A stretch of DNA of 64,000 bases from Takakia lepidozioides. Lineage: Eukaryota; Plantae; Bryophyta. The notes beneath the pieces were generated by a model, which saw only the letters and a list, made by a program, of their open reading frames with translations, was not told where the DNA came from and did not search any database. This document shows positions 12,901 through 24,250 of this stretch, piece by piece. The stretch is from the NCBI GenBank assembly GCA_030704615.1, contig CM060733.1:69440001-69504000 (forward strand). Reading direction: 5' to 3'. Numbering within the stretch: position 1 is the first letter of the stretch; every line of letters begins with the position of its first letter. The translations under genes were made by a program, and so were the position numbers.

Positions 12901-13166
12901 ATGAGCTGTCTCCGCCGGCGGAGACGGTTGTGTGTATGTGTGGAGATTCGCAAACTTGTGAGAGTTGAAATGACTTAGGCATCTGCGTCGGCGGAGGTGC
13001 TAGATTAGGAGCAGTTTGGTGGGGCTTGTGCGATGGCGCATATGCCTAAGTGCAGGTCATGAAAAAAAACAAAACTACAACTTACATTCTCCGTCCGCAG
13101 CTTGCCTCTACCACCACCACCACCACCAGCAACGCCTCCCCCTCGAGTGTCCTTCTTCCTCCCCAT
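9919..13166 (-). pseudogene. ParB/Srx-like cargo gene copy B, multi-exon and 3'-truncated
   Basis: Exon 1 13166-13086 (MGRKKDTRGGG...TEN|GTAAG); exon 2 11670-11027 with IPLRRMISIQVVRPALANDILKL...GYHPGAAVFYV...MFHVWDGNHRLQAW; later exons YDECIKKAGKTWYNL, IADPTLGEGFL...FWWQ and FNELF...ILFR; small frameshifting deletion near 10835. Confidence 0.75.
11980..13000. repeat. Array of palindrome CTCCGCCGGCGGAG and variants (type B) inside intron 1 of cargo gene B
   Basis: Perfect 14-bp palindrome at ~12236, 12517 and 12910; variants tatgcgccggcggata and tctgcgccgacggagg; flanking blocks are repeated. Confidence 0.85.
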
Positions 13167-13371
13167 CGCCGCAACTGCTCGTTGCCTCGGGGTGGTATAG
13201 TATAAGGCCGAGATGCGGCGCCTCCGTCTCCTCTTCACAACGGGAGTCTCCAGGGTGTAGAGACTAGAGACGTGTTAAGTGCTTGTGTAGTTTGTGTGTG
13301 TTTGTTTGGGGGAGTGGCAAGGGATAGTGTGCAAGTATACTAGACTACGTTAGTGTAGTAATGATACCGGA

Positions 13372-14274
13372 TTAGTCATGTAGTAATGGCAACAAGTTTA
13401 ACTGAATACTGCGATCGGGCATCGCAAACTCCGTGTCCATGTCCACGACGTTTGTTCGATCCTCATTGTGGACAACAGTGCCCTCATTGTTTGGAGGCAT
13501 GTCTTGCAATCTAGCTTCCAACTCGGCTATGCGCAGTGTTTGCCAGTCTAGTCGGTCCTGCATGGTCCTGATTCGCTGGTCTCTTTCCGCTAGTTGTTCC
13601 TCTAACGTTGCAGCCGGTTGTATTCCGAACGTGTCCGGGATGTACTCCAAATCGTATAGCAACCTTGCGTTCCTCCTACTAGCAGTTTGCCAATTCATTG
13701 GACGCAAGAGTATGACCTCCATGTACAACATGGCTGCCAAGGTGTACGAAATTTGACCCTTTAAGAGAGGTTGACCCCACGATGTGCAATGCACGTCATT
13801 CGCCTATGCTAGAAATGCAAGTTCGTGCAAGACCTGGACTCTGCGTAATTGTTTCGGGTTTGCACGTCATGCCTATCCAAATGCCACAATCGATTGATGT
13901 GGTACCATTTCACGAATTTTTTGCATCTCGCCAAAAGCAACTACTCGCTAACAATCACATGCAGAACCTCGTGTAGAAGGAGAACACTACGAGATGAAGA
14001 CCCGCGAACCCCCCGCAATCGTGGAGGCAAATAAAACAAAGCGACGAAAACGACAACAAATACCACTACACAAAGCAGAAGAAGCAGGGGCTCACCTGAG
14101 ACTGCTCGCCTTTGGTTGGCGCGGTCTGTGAGCAAGACAAGGGGATCTCTTGATGTAGCTTCAGGCTGGCCATGTGAGACTTTGGTTTTGGCCCGTAGTA
14201 TAAAGGTTTCAGTTTGCGCCGTGGTCGAGAAATGGGGTTTCTCTCAGCAGAGCCTCGCCCTTCTCGTCACGGCA
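13372..14274 (-). pseudogene. Accessory gene of unknown function with a coiled-coil C-terminus; first exon homologous to 18253-18074
   Basis: 14274-14095 encodes MP*REGRGSAERNPISRPRRKLKPLYYG...SQ|GTGAG versus MPRGEGRGSPERNPTSRPRRKLKALYYG...SQ. ORF 13372-13794 has YTLAAMLYMEVILLRPMNW and a heptad-rich LEEQLAERDQRI...LRIAELEARL. Confidence 0.4.
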
Positions 14275-14499
14275 TAAGTCGGAATAACATAAATGTTGAG
14301 CATAATGGGTGGTGGCAGTCGCCAAATTGAACTTCATCCACCCGTCACATCAAGGGCTCCAGGCGTATCCGAGAAGCTAGCATGGAATCCGTGCGGACCA
14401 TCTGGGTTCAAAATCGACGACGGCGGATAATAAATGCGGGGCCGGCGGAAATCATTGTGACAGCTCGCAAACTCTCCACCCGAGATGATTTCAATGAAC

Positions 14500-14740
14500 C
14501 ACTCCCTCGATGGAAAAACGGCGCCAAATTTCCATCTAGGGGATGAAGATCTCCCGCCAGCTGGCCCTCCCTCCCCCCGAGACGACTTCATCCCAACCGC
14601 CTCGGATGGAAATTCAGCGCCATTTTTCCATCTAGGGGATGAAGATCTCTCGCCAGCTGGCCCTCCCTCCCCCCGAGAGGACTTCATCCCGACCCCCCGG
14701 ATGGAAATTCGGCGCCGTTTTTCCATCTAGGGGATGAAGA
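14500..14740. repeat. Type C palindrome GATGGAAA(A/T)(A/T)CGGCGCCGAATTTCCATC, 3 copies at ~96-bp period
   Basis: Centres at 14520, 14616 and 14711; flank 14330-14440 is homologous to 18310-18420. Confidence 0.85.
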
Positions 14741-14798
14741 TCTCGAGGGCAGCAAAGCCGTGAGCAGAGCCTATGAGTAGATTCCTTTATGATCTAAT

Positions 14799-15341
14799 AT
14801 GTTATGTCGTAATTGTAGTTACAAGCCGCCCTTGCAGATTGCAAAGCATCCCGCTGAGGCCATCATGGGGATTCCAGGGTCTTCCACGGATACCGGGAGG
14901 GAGGACGCTGGTAGGGAGAAGAGGTTGAAAGTGCTTGAACAGGTTGCAGCTCTAACTACTCCGGAGAAAGGGTACGACCTTCCTCCCTATGCGGCAGCAG
15001 AAGCGCAGGCTCAGGCTAAGCAACCGTGGACAAGAATGTCTCAGCAGGCACAATGGCCAGCACATGTGAGGGCTGCTGCTCAATTTTCTACAGTACGGAA
15101 CTATTTTGATAATTCTGCAGAAGAGGGATCGGAAAGCGAGGATCCAACGACCGAGGAAGGCTCCGACGAAGAGTATGTTGACAAGGTCGTTGGTGAGGAG
15201 AGGACTCCTAGCCCAAAGATCAGCTTAAGACTTGGCCTCGACTTGCTACCGGGTCCCTCCCCCGCAACAGTAGTTTCTAGGGTGTTGCAGGACATAGCGT
15301 CGGAGTATGGTGAGGACCCTGGTAGTCCGAATGTTACGTAG
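14799..15341 (+). other. Unassigned acidic ORF fragment
   Basis: 180-aa ORF with an E/D/S-rich tract and no recognisable motif; lies at the junction truncating cargo gene C. Confidence 0.2.
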
Positions 15342-15399
15342 TTGCATTTGTTTTTCTTTGAATGTAAACACAAAGGGGTTTCTCTGATGCGCTGAATCT

Positions 15400-18253
15400 T
15401 CAGAGCGCGGGAGTAATGCTTCCCCACCTCCACCAGAAAGTCGGCACCAAGGGCGGGATCAGCTATGGCGACGTACTTTACCATCCGCAACTTGTACTTT
15501 ATGCGGGCCCTGGCCTCCGCAGCTTTGAGATACGATTCGAGTGCCGGGAGGGTTAGATTCTTCTCCTCTGACTCCATATAGAACCTCCGCGCATGTGCCA
15601 AATCCTGCTGAATTTTCGTCTGTCAAGAATGCGCACATAAGATTAGAGATCCTGCTCAACACTTTTTCTTCTATTGGGGGAGGAGAGACAGATTAGCTCA
15701 ACAAAATAGTCAGGAGCTTTACCCGAAATATGTAGTCCACCATGGCGTCCATGCTCAGCCTATACCAGGTTCTATCTGCCTTTGCCTCCGACTTGCGCAG
15801 GAGGTCGGCACTGAGCGAATTGGCAAACTCTTGCACCCCCTGCTTCCCGACATCCTTCACTCGGAAGAGCATATGGGACAAGTTGGTGGCAATGAAGGCA
15901 TTCTCAGTCACCCTGCAATGCCACATTTCCATCAAACAATACTGAAATGGGAATTTTGAACAAATATGAGGATTCGCAATGAAATGACTTACAAATTTTG
16001 GGTCTAAAAGCAAGAGGCGTTGTAACTTACGAGTTGATGTCCGCCATTGCAGCTTTGAGAAGACTGCGATCTTTGGGCCCCGCAACCTTCAGCACAACAC
16101 ACTCCACGGCGAAATGCCAATTGAGGTCGTTGGGGTGGGCTTTGGCTATGTGCTCCATCCATGCCAGGAGGCGATGATTGCCGTCCCACACGTAAAACAT
16201 CTTTCCGGACAAGTGCTGGAAAAGAGGATCAGTAGCAATCGATCTCTCGAACTCCTCATTTTGCCTTTGCCAATGGGGACCCCATTTGTCCACCTCATCG
16301 AAAGTGTGGGCACGGGAAGCTCCATGGTCGTTCTCAATGGAAACATAAAACGCAGCAGACCCCATTTGATATCCATCCCGGAAAGAGAATTTCAGCTTGT
16401 CGATATCGCCTGGGAGGGCAGGTCTCACCACCTGCAATGACACCAAGCGGCAAAGGGGAATTCGAAGCTTGGCCGGGTACACCATGCCCCCCAGCACCCT
16501 GCCAATGTTGCTGTGGGGTTGCCTCCAACATCTTGGTAGCGGCCAACTTCATATCCGCCTCTGACATGACGTCTGCTGCAGAGGGGTTCTCCGGCAGCCC
16601 ACCAGGACCGCCAAATCCAGCCTGTATGCTGCGGGTTTGGGGCCTGGGGATGTCCGGGAGGATGTCATCCTGGTCAGAAAGCTCGGTGTCGTCCTCCTCA
16701 ACATGGTCAACCACCGGCGAAACCACCTCGAGCACTCTCCCCGTTTCTACTGCCCTCTCCTCGGCTTCACCTCGAACTTGCACAATCCGTGCTCTTTGTG
16801 GTGTTCTTTCCTCTCCTCCACTCTCCACCGTATGGGTAATTGCGGGGGCTGCTCTTGTCCGCGATGGTGTAACCGGTGTGTTACTGCCTCTTTGTGGTGT
16901 CTTGGAGGGATCCACCATCTCTGTGCGTCCCTCGCTTACATTGGCATCTGTCATTTCGGCACCCCTGGCCTCTTCAGTGGCCTTTTCTCTTTCCTCCTGG
17001 CTAGCCTTCTGTCTCGCCTGTTCTTTTGCCCTCTCTTTTGCCCTCTCACGGGCTTTCTGTTTCTTACTAGGGCTAGCAGCAGGGGAGCTCTCCAGGACGA
17101 CCACCTTTGATTGAGGAGAACTGACACCCTCGCGCGCACTGCTCACTCCCCCCCGCAGCCCGTGACGGCTCTCTCGCCGGGGATTGCATGTGTTTGGCTT
17201 TCTTCTTCTTCTTTGCGTGGGCGGGGCCTACTGCATGTGCATCAACAACCTCCATTGCCGGATCTGCTGTCCTCACGTCCTCACGCCCTTCACCTACCAT
17301 GTCGCCTGCACCAACCTCCCCAATGCCTATTCTGTCGTACTCTTGCTGCAGGTCCTCCCGTCCACCAACAAAAGGTTTTAGTTTGCCCTCCCGCCCCAAG
17401 TTGGGCGATCCAAACATGCGATGAGTTGGAGCTGTCGATGATACCACTAGTGTGTCGGGCTCGTCGTCACTCTGTCATTCCTGAAAATCGTGAGAACCAA
17501 CATCGGAATGAAAACCACCATCCGCCACGAGCAGCGCAACCACCATCGCAACAATCGTCAACAATGAAAACAAAACAAAACCAAGTATGGAGTGCCATGG
17601 AACAACAATGAAAACAAATCCAACCAATGCCTAAGAATGACATGCACAAGCAGCCTTCTCCAGAGCTGCCGGCTTTGCACACGCATTGCAAACTATCTAA
17701 GGTTCACTCAACCAGTAACTTGCAGAAATCAACATGAAACACGATGAACAAATGAACACGAATTCCAAAAGATGGGAAAACAGGGTGAAATATTTTGAAG
17801 GCACTTCATCTGCTCAGACAATCTTCTCAGCTCAGCATGGATTTGCTTAATTCCGAGATGCAACCTGTTATCTACAGTGAGGTGTGCACCCTGTTCTGGC
17901 AAGCAATGTGAATGCAGCAACGACCTGGCTCCTTTCTAACCACTCTGACCTTGATCATTCTTCTCAACAACTCGTGCTTTTGCGATGCAACCATGCGCTT
18001 CCAGGGCTGCCAGGCAGAAGATGTGAAAACAAACTAACAAAACGAAGAAAACTGAAAGAGGAAGGGGCGGAACCTGAGAGTGCTCGGCTTCAGTTGGCGC
18101 GGGCTGTGAGCAAAACAATGGAATTTCCTGCTGGAGCTTAAGTTTGGCCATGCGAGAGGTTGGACGTCGCCCGTAGTACAAAGCCTTCAGCTTCCGCCGC
18201 GGTCTGGATGTGGGGTTTCTCTCAGGAGAGCCACGCCCTTCTCCACGCGGCAT
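15400..18253 (-). pseudogene. ParB/Srx-like cargo gene copy C, multi-exon and 3'-truncated
   Basis: IPLCRLVSLQVVRPALPGDIDKLK..FRDGYQMGSAAFYVSIE...MFYVWDGNHRLLAW (16027-16497); next exons KADRTWYRLSMDAMVDYIFR and YVAIADPALGADFL. A possible exon 1 at 18253-18074 would splice in phase to 17471 (uncertain). Confidence 0.75.
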
Positions 18254-18439
18254 AAGTTCCAGTAAAAGAAAAAAGATCTCCGCAGTATGTGTGCCTACAT
18301 GCCTCGAATAGAAGTTCATCCAAGTTTAGCATCAGGTTTCCAAGGCGTATTCGGGAAGCAAGCGCGGAATCATTGTGTCGCCAGCCCGGTTCAAAACCGA
18401 CGGCGGAGGACATTTAATGCGCAACTACGTCAATCGCCC

Positions 18440-19060
18440 GCTGGATGGAAAAAATCGGCGCCGAATTTCCGTCCAGCGGATGAAGTATGACGCAACGAGG
18501 CCATCCCTCCGCCCGAGCCGTTCTCATCCAGGAGGTGGTGTAACCGAGAAAGCGCCAAAATCCTGCGCCGCATTTCCATCCTGTAGGTAATTCGGAGCGC
18601 GGCCGGATGGAAAAACGGCGCCGAATTTCCATCTTGCAGGCAATTCGGAGCGCGGCCGGATGGAAATCCGGCGCCGAATTTCCATCCCAGAGGTAATTCG
18701 GAGCGCGGCCGGATGGAAAAACGGCGCCGAATTTCCATCCCAGAGGTAATTCGGAGCGCGGCCCGATGGAAAAATGGCGCCGAATTTCCATCCCAAATGT
18801 AATTCGGAGCGCGGCCGGATGGAAATCCGGCGCCGAATTTCCATCCCAGATACAATTCAGAGCGCGGCCGGATGGAAAAACGGCGCCGAATTTCCATCTT
18901 GCAGGTAATTCGGAGCGCGGCTGGATGGAAAAACGGCGCCGAATTTCCATCCCAGATGTAATTCGGAGCGCGGCCGGATGGAAATCCGGCGCCGAATTTC
19001 CATCCGCTAGGTAAGTCGAAGCGCCGAATTACCATCCTGCAGGTAATTCTGAGCGTGGCC
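18440..19060. repeat. Exact 53-bp tandem array (8 units), each carrying the ~28-bp type C palindrome
   Basis: AATTC(G/A)GAGCGCGG starts at 18589, 18642, 18695, 18748, 18801, 18854, 18907 and 18960. Confidence 0.95.
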
Positions 19061-19164
19061 GCTTGTTTTTTTGGTCTAAAAAGACACAACCTTAAGTTTT
19101 AGACATGGTTTTCAGGGAATTCTCGACTGGTTGATAGAAATTCCTTGCTTCTTTTCCATCCCTC

Positions 19165-19900
19165 GTAGTTCCTACATGGAAATTCGTTGCCGAAATTCCA
19201 TCTGGCCACGATTGCGATTAAATGCCGAATGGAAATTCGGCGCCGGTTTTCCATCCCCTCCGCCCGAGTCGACTTTATTCCGGCGCCCCCTGTTGGATAT
19301 TCGGTGCCGAATTTCCGTCCGGGGGTTGTATTGTGACGGCCAGGTGCTGGCCTCTCCCCCCGAGCCGACTGCATCCGAACGGCCCCGGATGTAAATTCGG
19401 CGCCGTTTTTCCATCCGGGGAGGTTTTTATGTCGGCCAGTTTTCGGCCTGACCCCCCGACACGACTTCCTTTGGTGGCGCCCGGATGGAAACTCGGCGCC
19501 GAATTTCCATCCGGGGGATGTTCTCTGTCGGACAGGTGCCGGCCTCTCCGCCCGAGGCGACTTCATCCGAGCGGCCCTTGTTGGATATTCGGTGCCGAAT
19601 TCCCGTCCGGGGGTTGTAATGTGATGTGCCGGCCTCTCCCCCCGAGCCGAATGCATCCGAACGGCCCCGGATGTAAATTCGGCGCCGTATTTCCATCCGG
19701 GGAGGTTTTTATGTCGGCCACTTTTCGGCCTGACCCCCCGACACGACTTCCTTTGGGGGGGGGCCGGATGGAAATTCGGCGCTGAATTTCCAGCCGGGGG
19801 ATGTTCTCTGTCGGACAGGTGCCGGCCTCTCCGCCCGAGTCGACTTCATCCGGGCGGCCCCTGTTGGATATTCGGTGCCGAATTTCCATCCGGGGGTTGT
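19165..19900. repeat. Type C palindromes at ~96-bp period in a higher-order ~286-bp repeat
   Basis: GG(C/T)GC centres at 19303, 19399, 19495, 19591, 19681, 19778 and 19874. Confidence 0.9.
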
Positions 19901-20074
19901 AATGTGACGGCCCGGTGCCGGCTTCTCCCCTTCAGCCGACATCATCCGGGCGGCCCCCCACTTTCTGACTGCATACCGTTGGCAGTTATTGCGCAAAGAC
20001 CAGGGGCCGCATTCCGGAGACAATGTTCATTAACACTCTGACTGTGGATTTTTGAGATATTTAGCTCCCTGGAT

Positions 20075-23000
20075 TTGGATGAGGCTTCGTCGCTCGGACA
20101 AATCGACACCGCATTCCTTCCCATCGGTGCATCCCCCTTCTACCAGGGAGCTTGCCCGCACGCCATCCTGGCAGTCTTGTGTGCACAGGCGGAAAACCCG
20201 AGCGCTACAGTGTACTGCCCTCCTCACGAGCATAGAGCTTCATTTCCGTGCAGAGGGGACATCTGCCGTGTGATGGAGAAATATCTGTGCGTTCGATACC
20301 ACCTGAAACCGGGGTCGGTTTTTTTGGAGGAGGAAAGGAAGGACTCAAACGACGTTGTTGTCGAGAGTATTGTTGTGCTCCACGATGATTTCGGCGATGG
20401 CAGGGAATGGCGAGTTCCACCATCGGACATCGTCATATACAGGGCGGTTGGGGACTTCATTTGCCCACCAAATGCACCTTCTATCCTGGCGCCTTCCACG
20501 AAACAATCCGCGAATCAGAGAGTGGGTACCTCAAAGAGAGAAGTCCGCAACGAAGTAAATCCAGAGCCCAACCCATCAATGAAGACGAGCGAGAACCGGG
20601 TTGTTCACAACCTGTCCGACTCCGACGAGGTCATGGAAGTTCCGAGATTGTCCTGGAGATCAGGCAAGTCCTCAATGGACGTCAGTGGACGAGGGAGTCA
20701 TATTCCCAGCACGAGCACCGCAGTTCGATCCATTCTTGAAATTCTGCGAGGGCTTCACATGGATGGACACCGCTCGGAGCTGGCCGGGCTGGACTACAGC
20801 AAGTTCGCAATTAAATCGGTTACATGCCTTCCCGCAGACGTCGACGGTAATATCTTCTTTGAGTTCCCTCCTCGGACGGACTACTCGAGGGCGTCCGGAA
20901 TGTTGACAAATATGGATAGCAAACATGACGGTCATCCTTGGTGCAACACCAAAACCACCAGCATGAAGATGCTCGATGGTGTGCGGGTGCACTACGTTGT
21001 TTGTGCGGGCGCGTTGCGGTGTTTCTCCCCAACTTTCTTCCATTTTAAATCCAGAGGTCACAGGAACGAGACCGATTGGACAGGCACAGCTCATCAACCA
21101 TTTCGAGCTCAAGAGAAGGTTCTGAACTCCACATTTAAGTGTGCGCATTGCAAAGAACCACCACACTGCATGTCTATTTGTAATGCCAAGCAGTTCTATG
21201 TGTTGCACCGTTTCGCTGACCTCACCCGAGCTTGCATACACGTTGGTTCCCATTGTCACAAATTGGTGAGGGGGAACTCGCGGGAGGCTGCCCACGAGAC
21301 AGAGCAGCTCGTTCAGGAGGAGGTTAAGTTGAGACCGGGTGCCAAACCCAAACAGATACAGCTCCAAGCCGCCCATAAGATGGCATTGGCCAGAATTATG
21401 TCGGAAGACGGCTCCGATAGAGTTCCTCTCGATGAGAAGGAAATGGAGGCATTGCTGGAGTCGGTGTCCCACGTCTGTTCACCGAATGTCCGAAACTACA
21501 TTGTCTCATGCAAACAGAAAATTGGGCGTGGCTCGGATATGCACTCCATTCTGGAGGTGAAGCGACGATGTGGATATGACTACATTCATGGAAGTAGGTT
21601 TCCAGGACAAGGGACTGAGGCAGATCGTTGTTTCGTATTCAAATGTCCACGTGTGGACCTGGCAGCGGCGTCGAACTGGTCGACAGGATGATGAGTGGGG
21701 ACTTGTCAAACAGTTGGGTCATGTTCGACCATATCAAGCGAATTACAAATCACCAGTGGGTGACAATGGGTGCACATGTCTACGACACCCACTGCAGGAT
21801 GCTAATGACAATTGCTATTTGTGAGATGAAAGGAGAGGACACACAATCGGAGATGCTTCTTTGGCAGGGAATAAACAAACAGATGGCCAAGGCAGGATTG
21901 CCCCCTCCCAATTTCCGTGGTTTCATGGCGGACAACGCACAAGCAAATGGGCTGCCATCCGAAGGGTGTACGGGCAAGACCCCAATGTTCCCATGGAAGA
22001 CAAGGAGAGATCTTGTGGGTTCCATTTTCTGCAGAGCCTTTCGCAGTACACAACCAGGCTTGTGGCGCCAGATTTCAGAGAGGAGCACCGTTCCATGTGT
22101 CTTGCGTGGAAGCGCGCTCCCACCTTGGATGATGCAAAGACACAATTTGCATGTATACGGGCTTGGTGGACATCGTCAGGTGCTGTAAGGAAATCAGACG
22201 AGGGAGCAATGGTCAGTTGGCTAGCATGGTGGCATTATCGTTTCCTCCAGTTCGGCGACTATATGCGGGAGGTGAGTTGCACGAATTCGCGTCCCGTTGA
22301 ATATTATTCTTGGCATTATTTGTAACTTGCTTGTAACCTCAACATGTGATTGTGCAGGAAATGTGTCTCGACTTCGACACCGACATGCCAACGACAAACA
22401 TGGCCGAATCAGTGCATTCTTCCTGGCGTGCCTCCTCTGCGGCGCATCTGGTGGACATCCTCACTGCCACAACGGAGGACATTGTCAGGTCAATTATGCA
22501 GCAATGCAGGTACAACGAGTTCTTGAAAGGGAAATAGTGGGGCTTGGGGCCGGACAGGCAGGAAATGCTGATGCGGACTGCCTCCAGATCGAAGAATCCT
22601 TGGAAGTGGGCGGTGGCCTTGTGAGAGGGCCTTCGGGACACGCCATTGCTTTGAAGAGGCCAACATTTGGAAGGAGATGTTCATACCCGTCCAGTGAGAC
22701 GAAGACTTGACGAGGCACCTGGCGGGGAAGAGGATTCATGGCGAGCTGACAAGAATATTCGCACGCTCCCTCGTGGTCCCGTGATGTTGCCTGAGGAGGT
22801 CTCGTCGAGCACCGCAAGTCCTGCACGTTCAAGATCGCCATCTCCTTTGAGCACAGGGCACGTGCCCGAGGAACATAACGAGCCATCTATAGTAACGTAG
22901 TACAACATACCCATTGTCGAGACAAGAGTGTCGGAGTCACAGTGGAGAATTGCAAGGACATTGCCGGCATTTCGAGGGAAGTGCTGCGCCATTCGTGTGG

Positions 23001-23780
23001 ATATGAGAGCACGCTGTGGTGAGATGATTCGGAGGAACCCACACGGTGCTGTACCTGCACCTTGTTTCAGCGGCAGATTTTTGACTCCCACATTTGCTCA
23101 CGCCACAACGCAGACGTTTTGGTTCTGTAGGCACGACATAATGACCTGTGTATTTGGCAAGCCCAAGTACGGGATTCAGGGAATGCCGGAGCCTCCGGGC
23201 GTCTGGCCTGTTGCACCGGGTTGCAGTCTCTCTCAGAATGAGGCGGATGCTCTATCTACAACAAGATTTTGAATGGTGCAACGCACAGATGTCTCGGCCC
23301 ACGCATTTCCAGTTCCTCAGACCCAGCCATTACAGACTGCTCGGTCCAGTAGAGACGGATTGGACAATTCTGCACATCCCACAATGCGATTCGGAAGAGT
23401 GAAGAGACGACACCCTCCCAACAAGTAAGGAGAGACTCGGATTGCCAATGCTCTTGGGATGGCTTGCACTATTCAGAGCTCCATGGACGTACCTCCACCC
23501 GGCCTTCGGCGTGTTTATCGGATGGCAACGGCCGGCTCGGCTGTACGCGACGATGTATACACAATTACGATTGGAGTGGAGCCGACTTGCAATTGTACGG
23601 ACTTCTCGTTGATGGAAGCAAAGAAGGGTTCAAAATTATCCGTGCAAGCATCTGTATTACATTTACCTGGAGAGGTTGAGGATGAACGTGACTATTGATG
23701 ACTTTATTCATGCACCGGCGTTGAGCGTGAACGAGCTGCACAAACTCCTCCTTAGGGATTCCAGAAATCATTGATGGGCA
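20075..23780 (+). pseudogene. Mutator-like (MULE) DDE transposase with GCM/WRKY-like Zn domain, extra Cys-rich domain and SWIM finger; frameshifted
   Basis: DGHPW...CAGALRC...CAHC...C..ICNA...CIHVGSHCH (GCM-like); WVMFDH (D1), FMADNAQA (D2), RSCGFHF (CxxH); intron 22272-22357; PTTNMAESVH (E); EPTCNCTDF...CKHLYY (SWIM, ~23580-23660); stops at ~22537 and ~22624. Confidence 0.8.
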
Positions 23781-23924
23781 AAGGGAATCCTCCATATGGA
23801 GATTTTCAATTGCATTTTCATGTATCAGATTTTTTTTTGCAGTGTAATGAAATGCACCCCAAAACTCTTGGAATGAGGCAATATTCCATTCAAACTGAGA
23901 TCCAACAGAAGCAGTTGTGGGGCC

Positions 23925-24250
23925 ATTTCTGGAAAAATGGCGTCGAATTTCTCTATTTGGGCCGAAAAACTGGCTAAGTCCCAACATGCACTGGTACCCC
24001 TGTGTCTGGAAAAATGGCGCCGAATTTCCAGTTACATGGCCCAGAACTGCCCAACATCTGTGCAATCCCTGGCACCATGTACCGAAATTCGGCGCGACAT
24101 TTCCAAATTTTGGGCTTACACACCTGTCCTGAGGGGACCTATAGCCGCGGAATTCGGCACCATTTTTCGCCAGAGATACCTATTACCGCGAAATACGTCG
24201 CGGTTCTTTCCGGTTACGGACCCTATTACCGCGAAATTCGGTGCCATTTT
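23925..24250. repeat. Degenerate type C palindromes downstream of the transposase (subterminal repeats)
   Basis: tggaaaaatggcgtcgaattt, tggaaaaatggcgccgaatttcca, gaaattcggcgcgacatttcca, ggaattcggcaccattttt, gaaattcggtgccattttt. Confidence 0.75.

Noticed and set aside
1-17480. Bacterial or plasmid contamination to explain the ParB-like genes
   Set aside because: The genes have GT-AG introns at shared positions and are contiguous with plant genes and plant-type transposons.
18580-19060. CRISPR-like array of palindromic repeats (also 2690-3064)
   Set aside because: The linkers are near-identical rather than unique spacers, there are no cas genes, and the context is eukaryotic.
18414-20023. Overlapping ORFs with repeated MEIRRRFSI / WKFGAEFPS peptides
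   Set aside because: These are translations of the palindromic tandem repeats in several frames on both strands.
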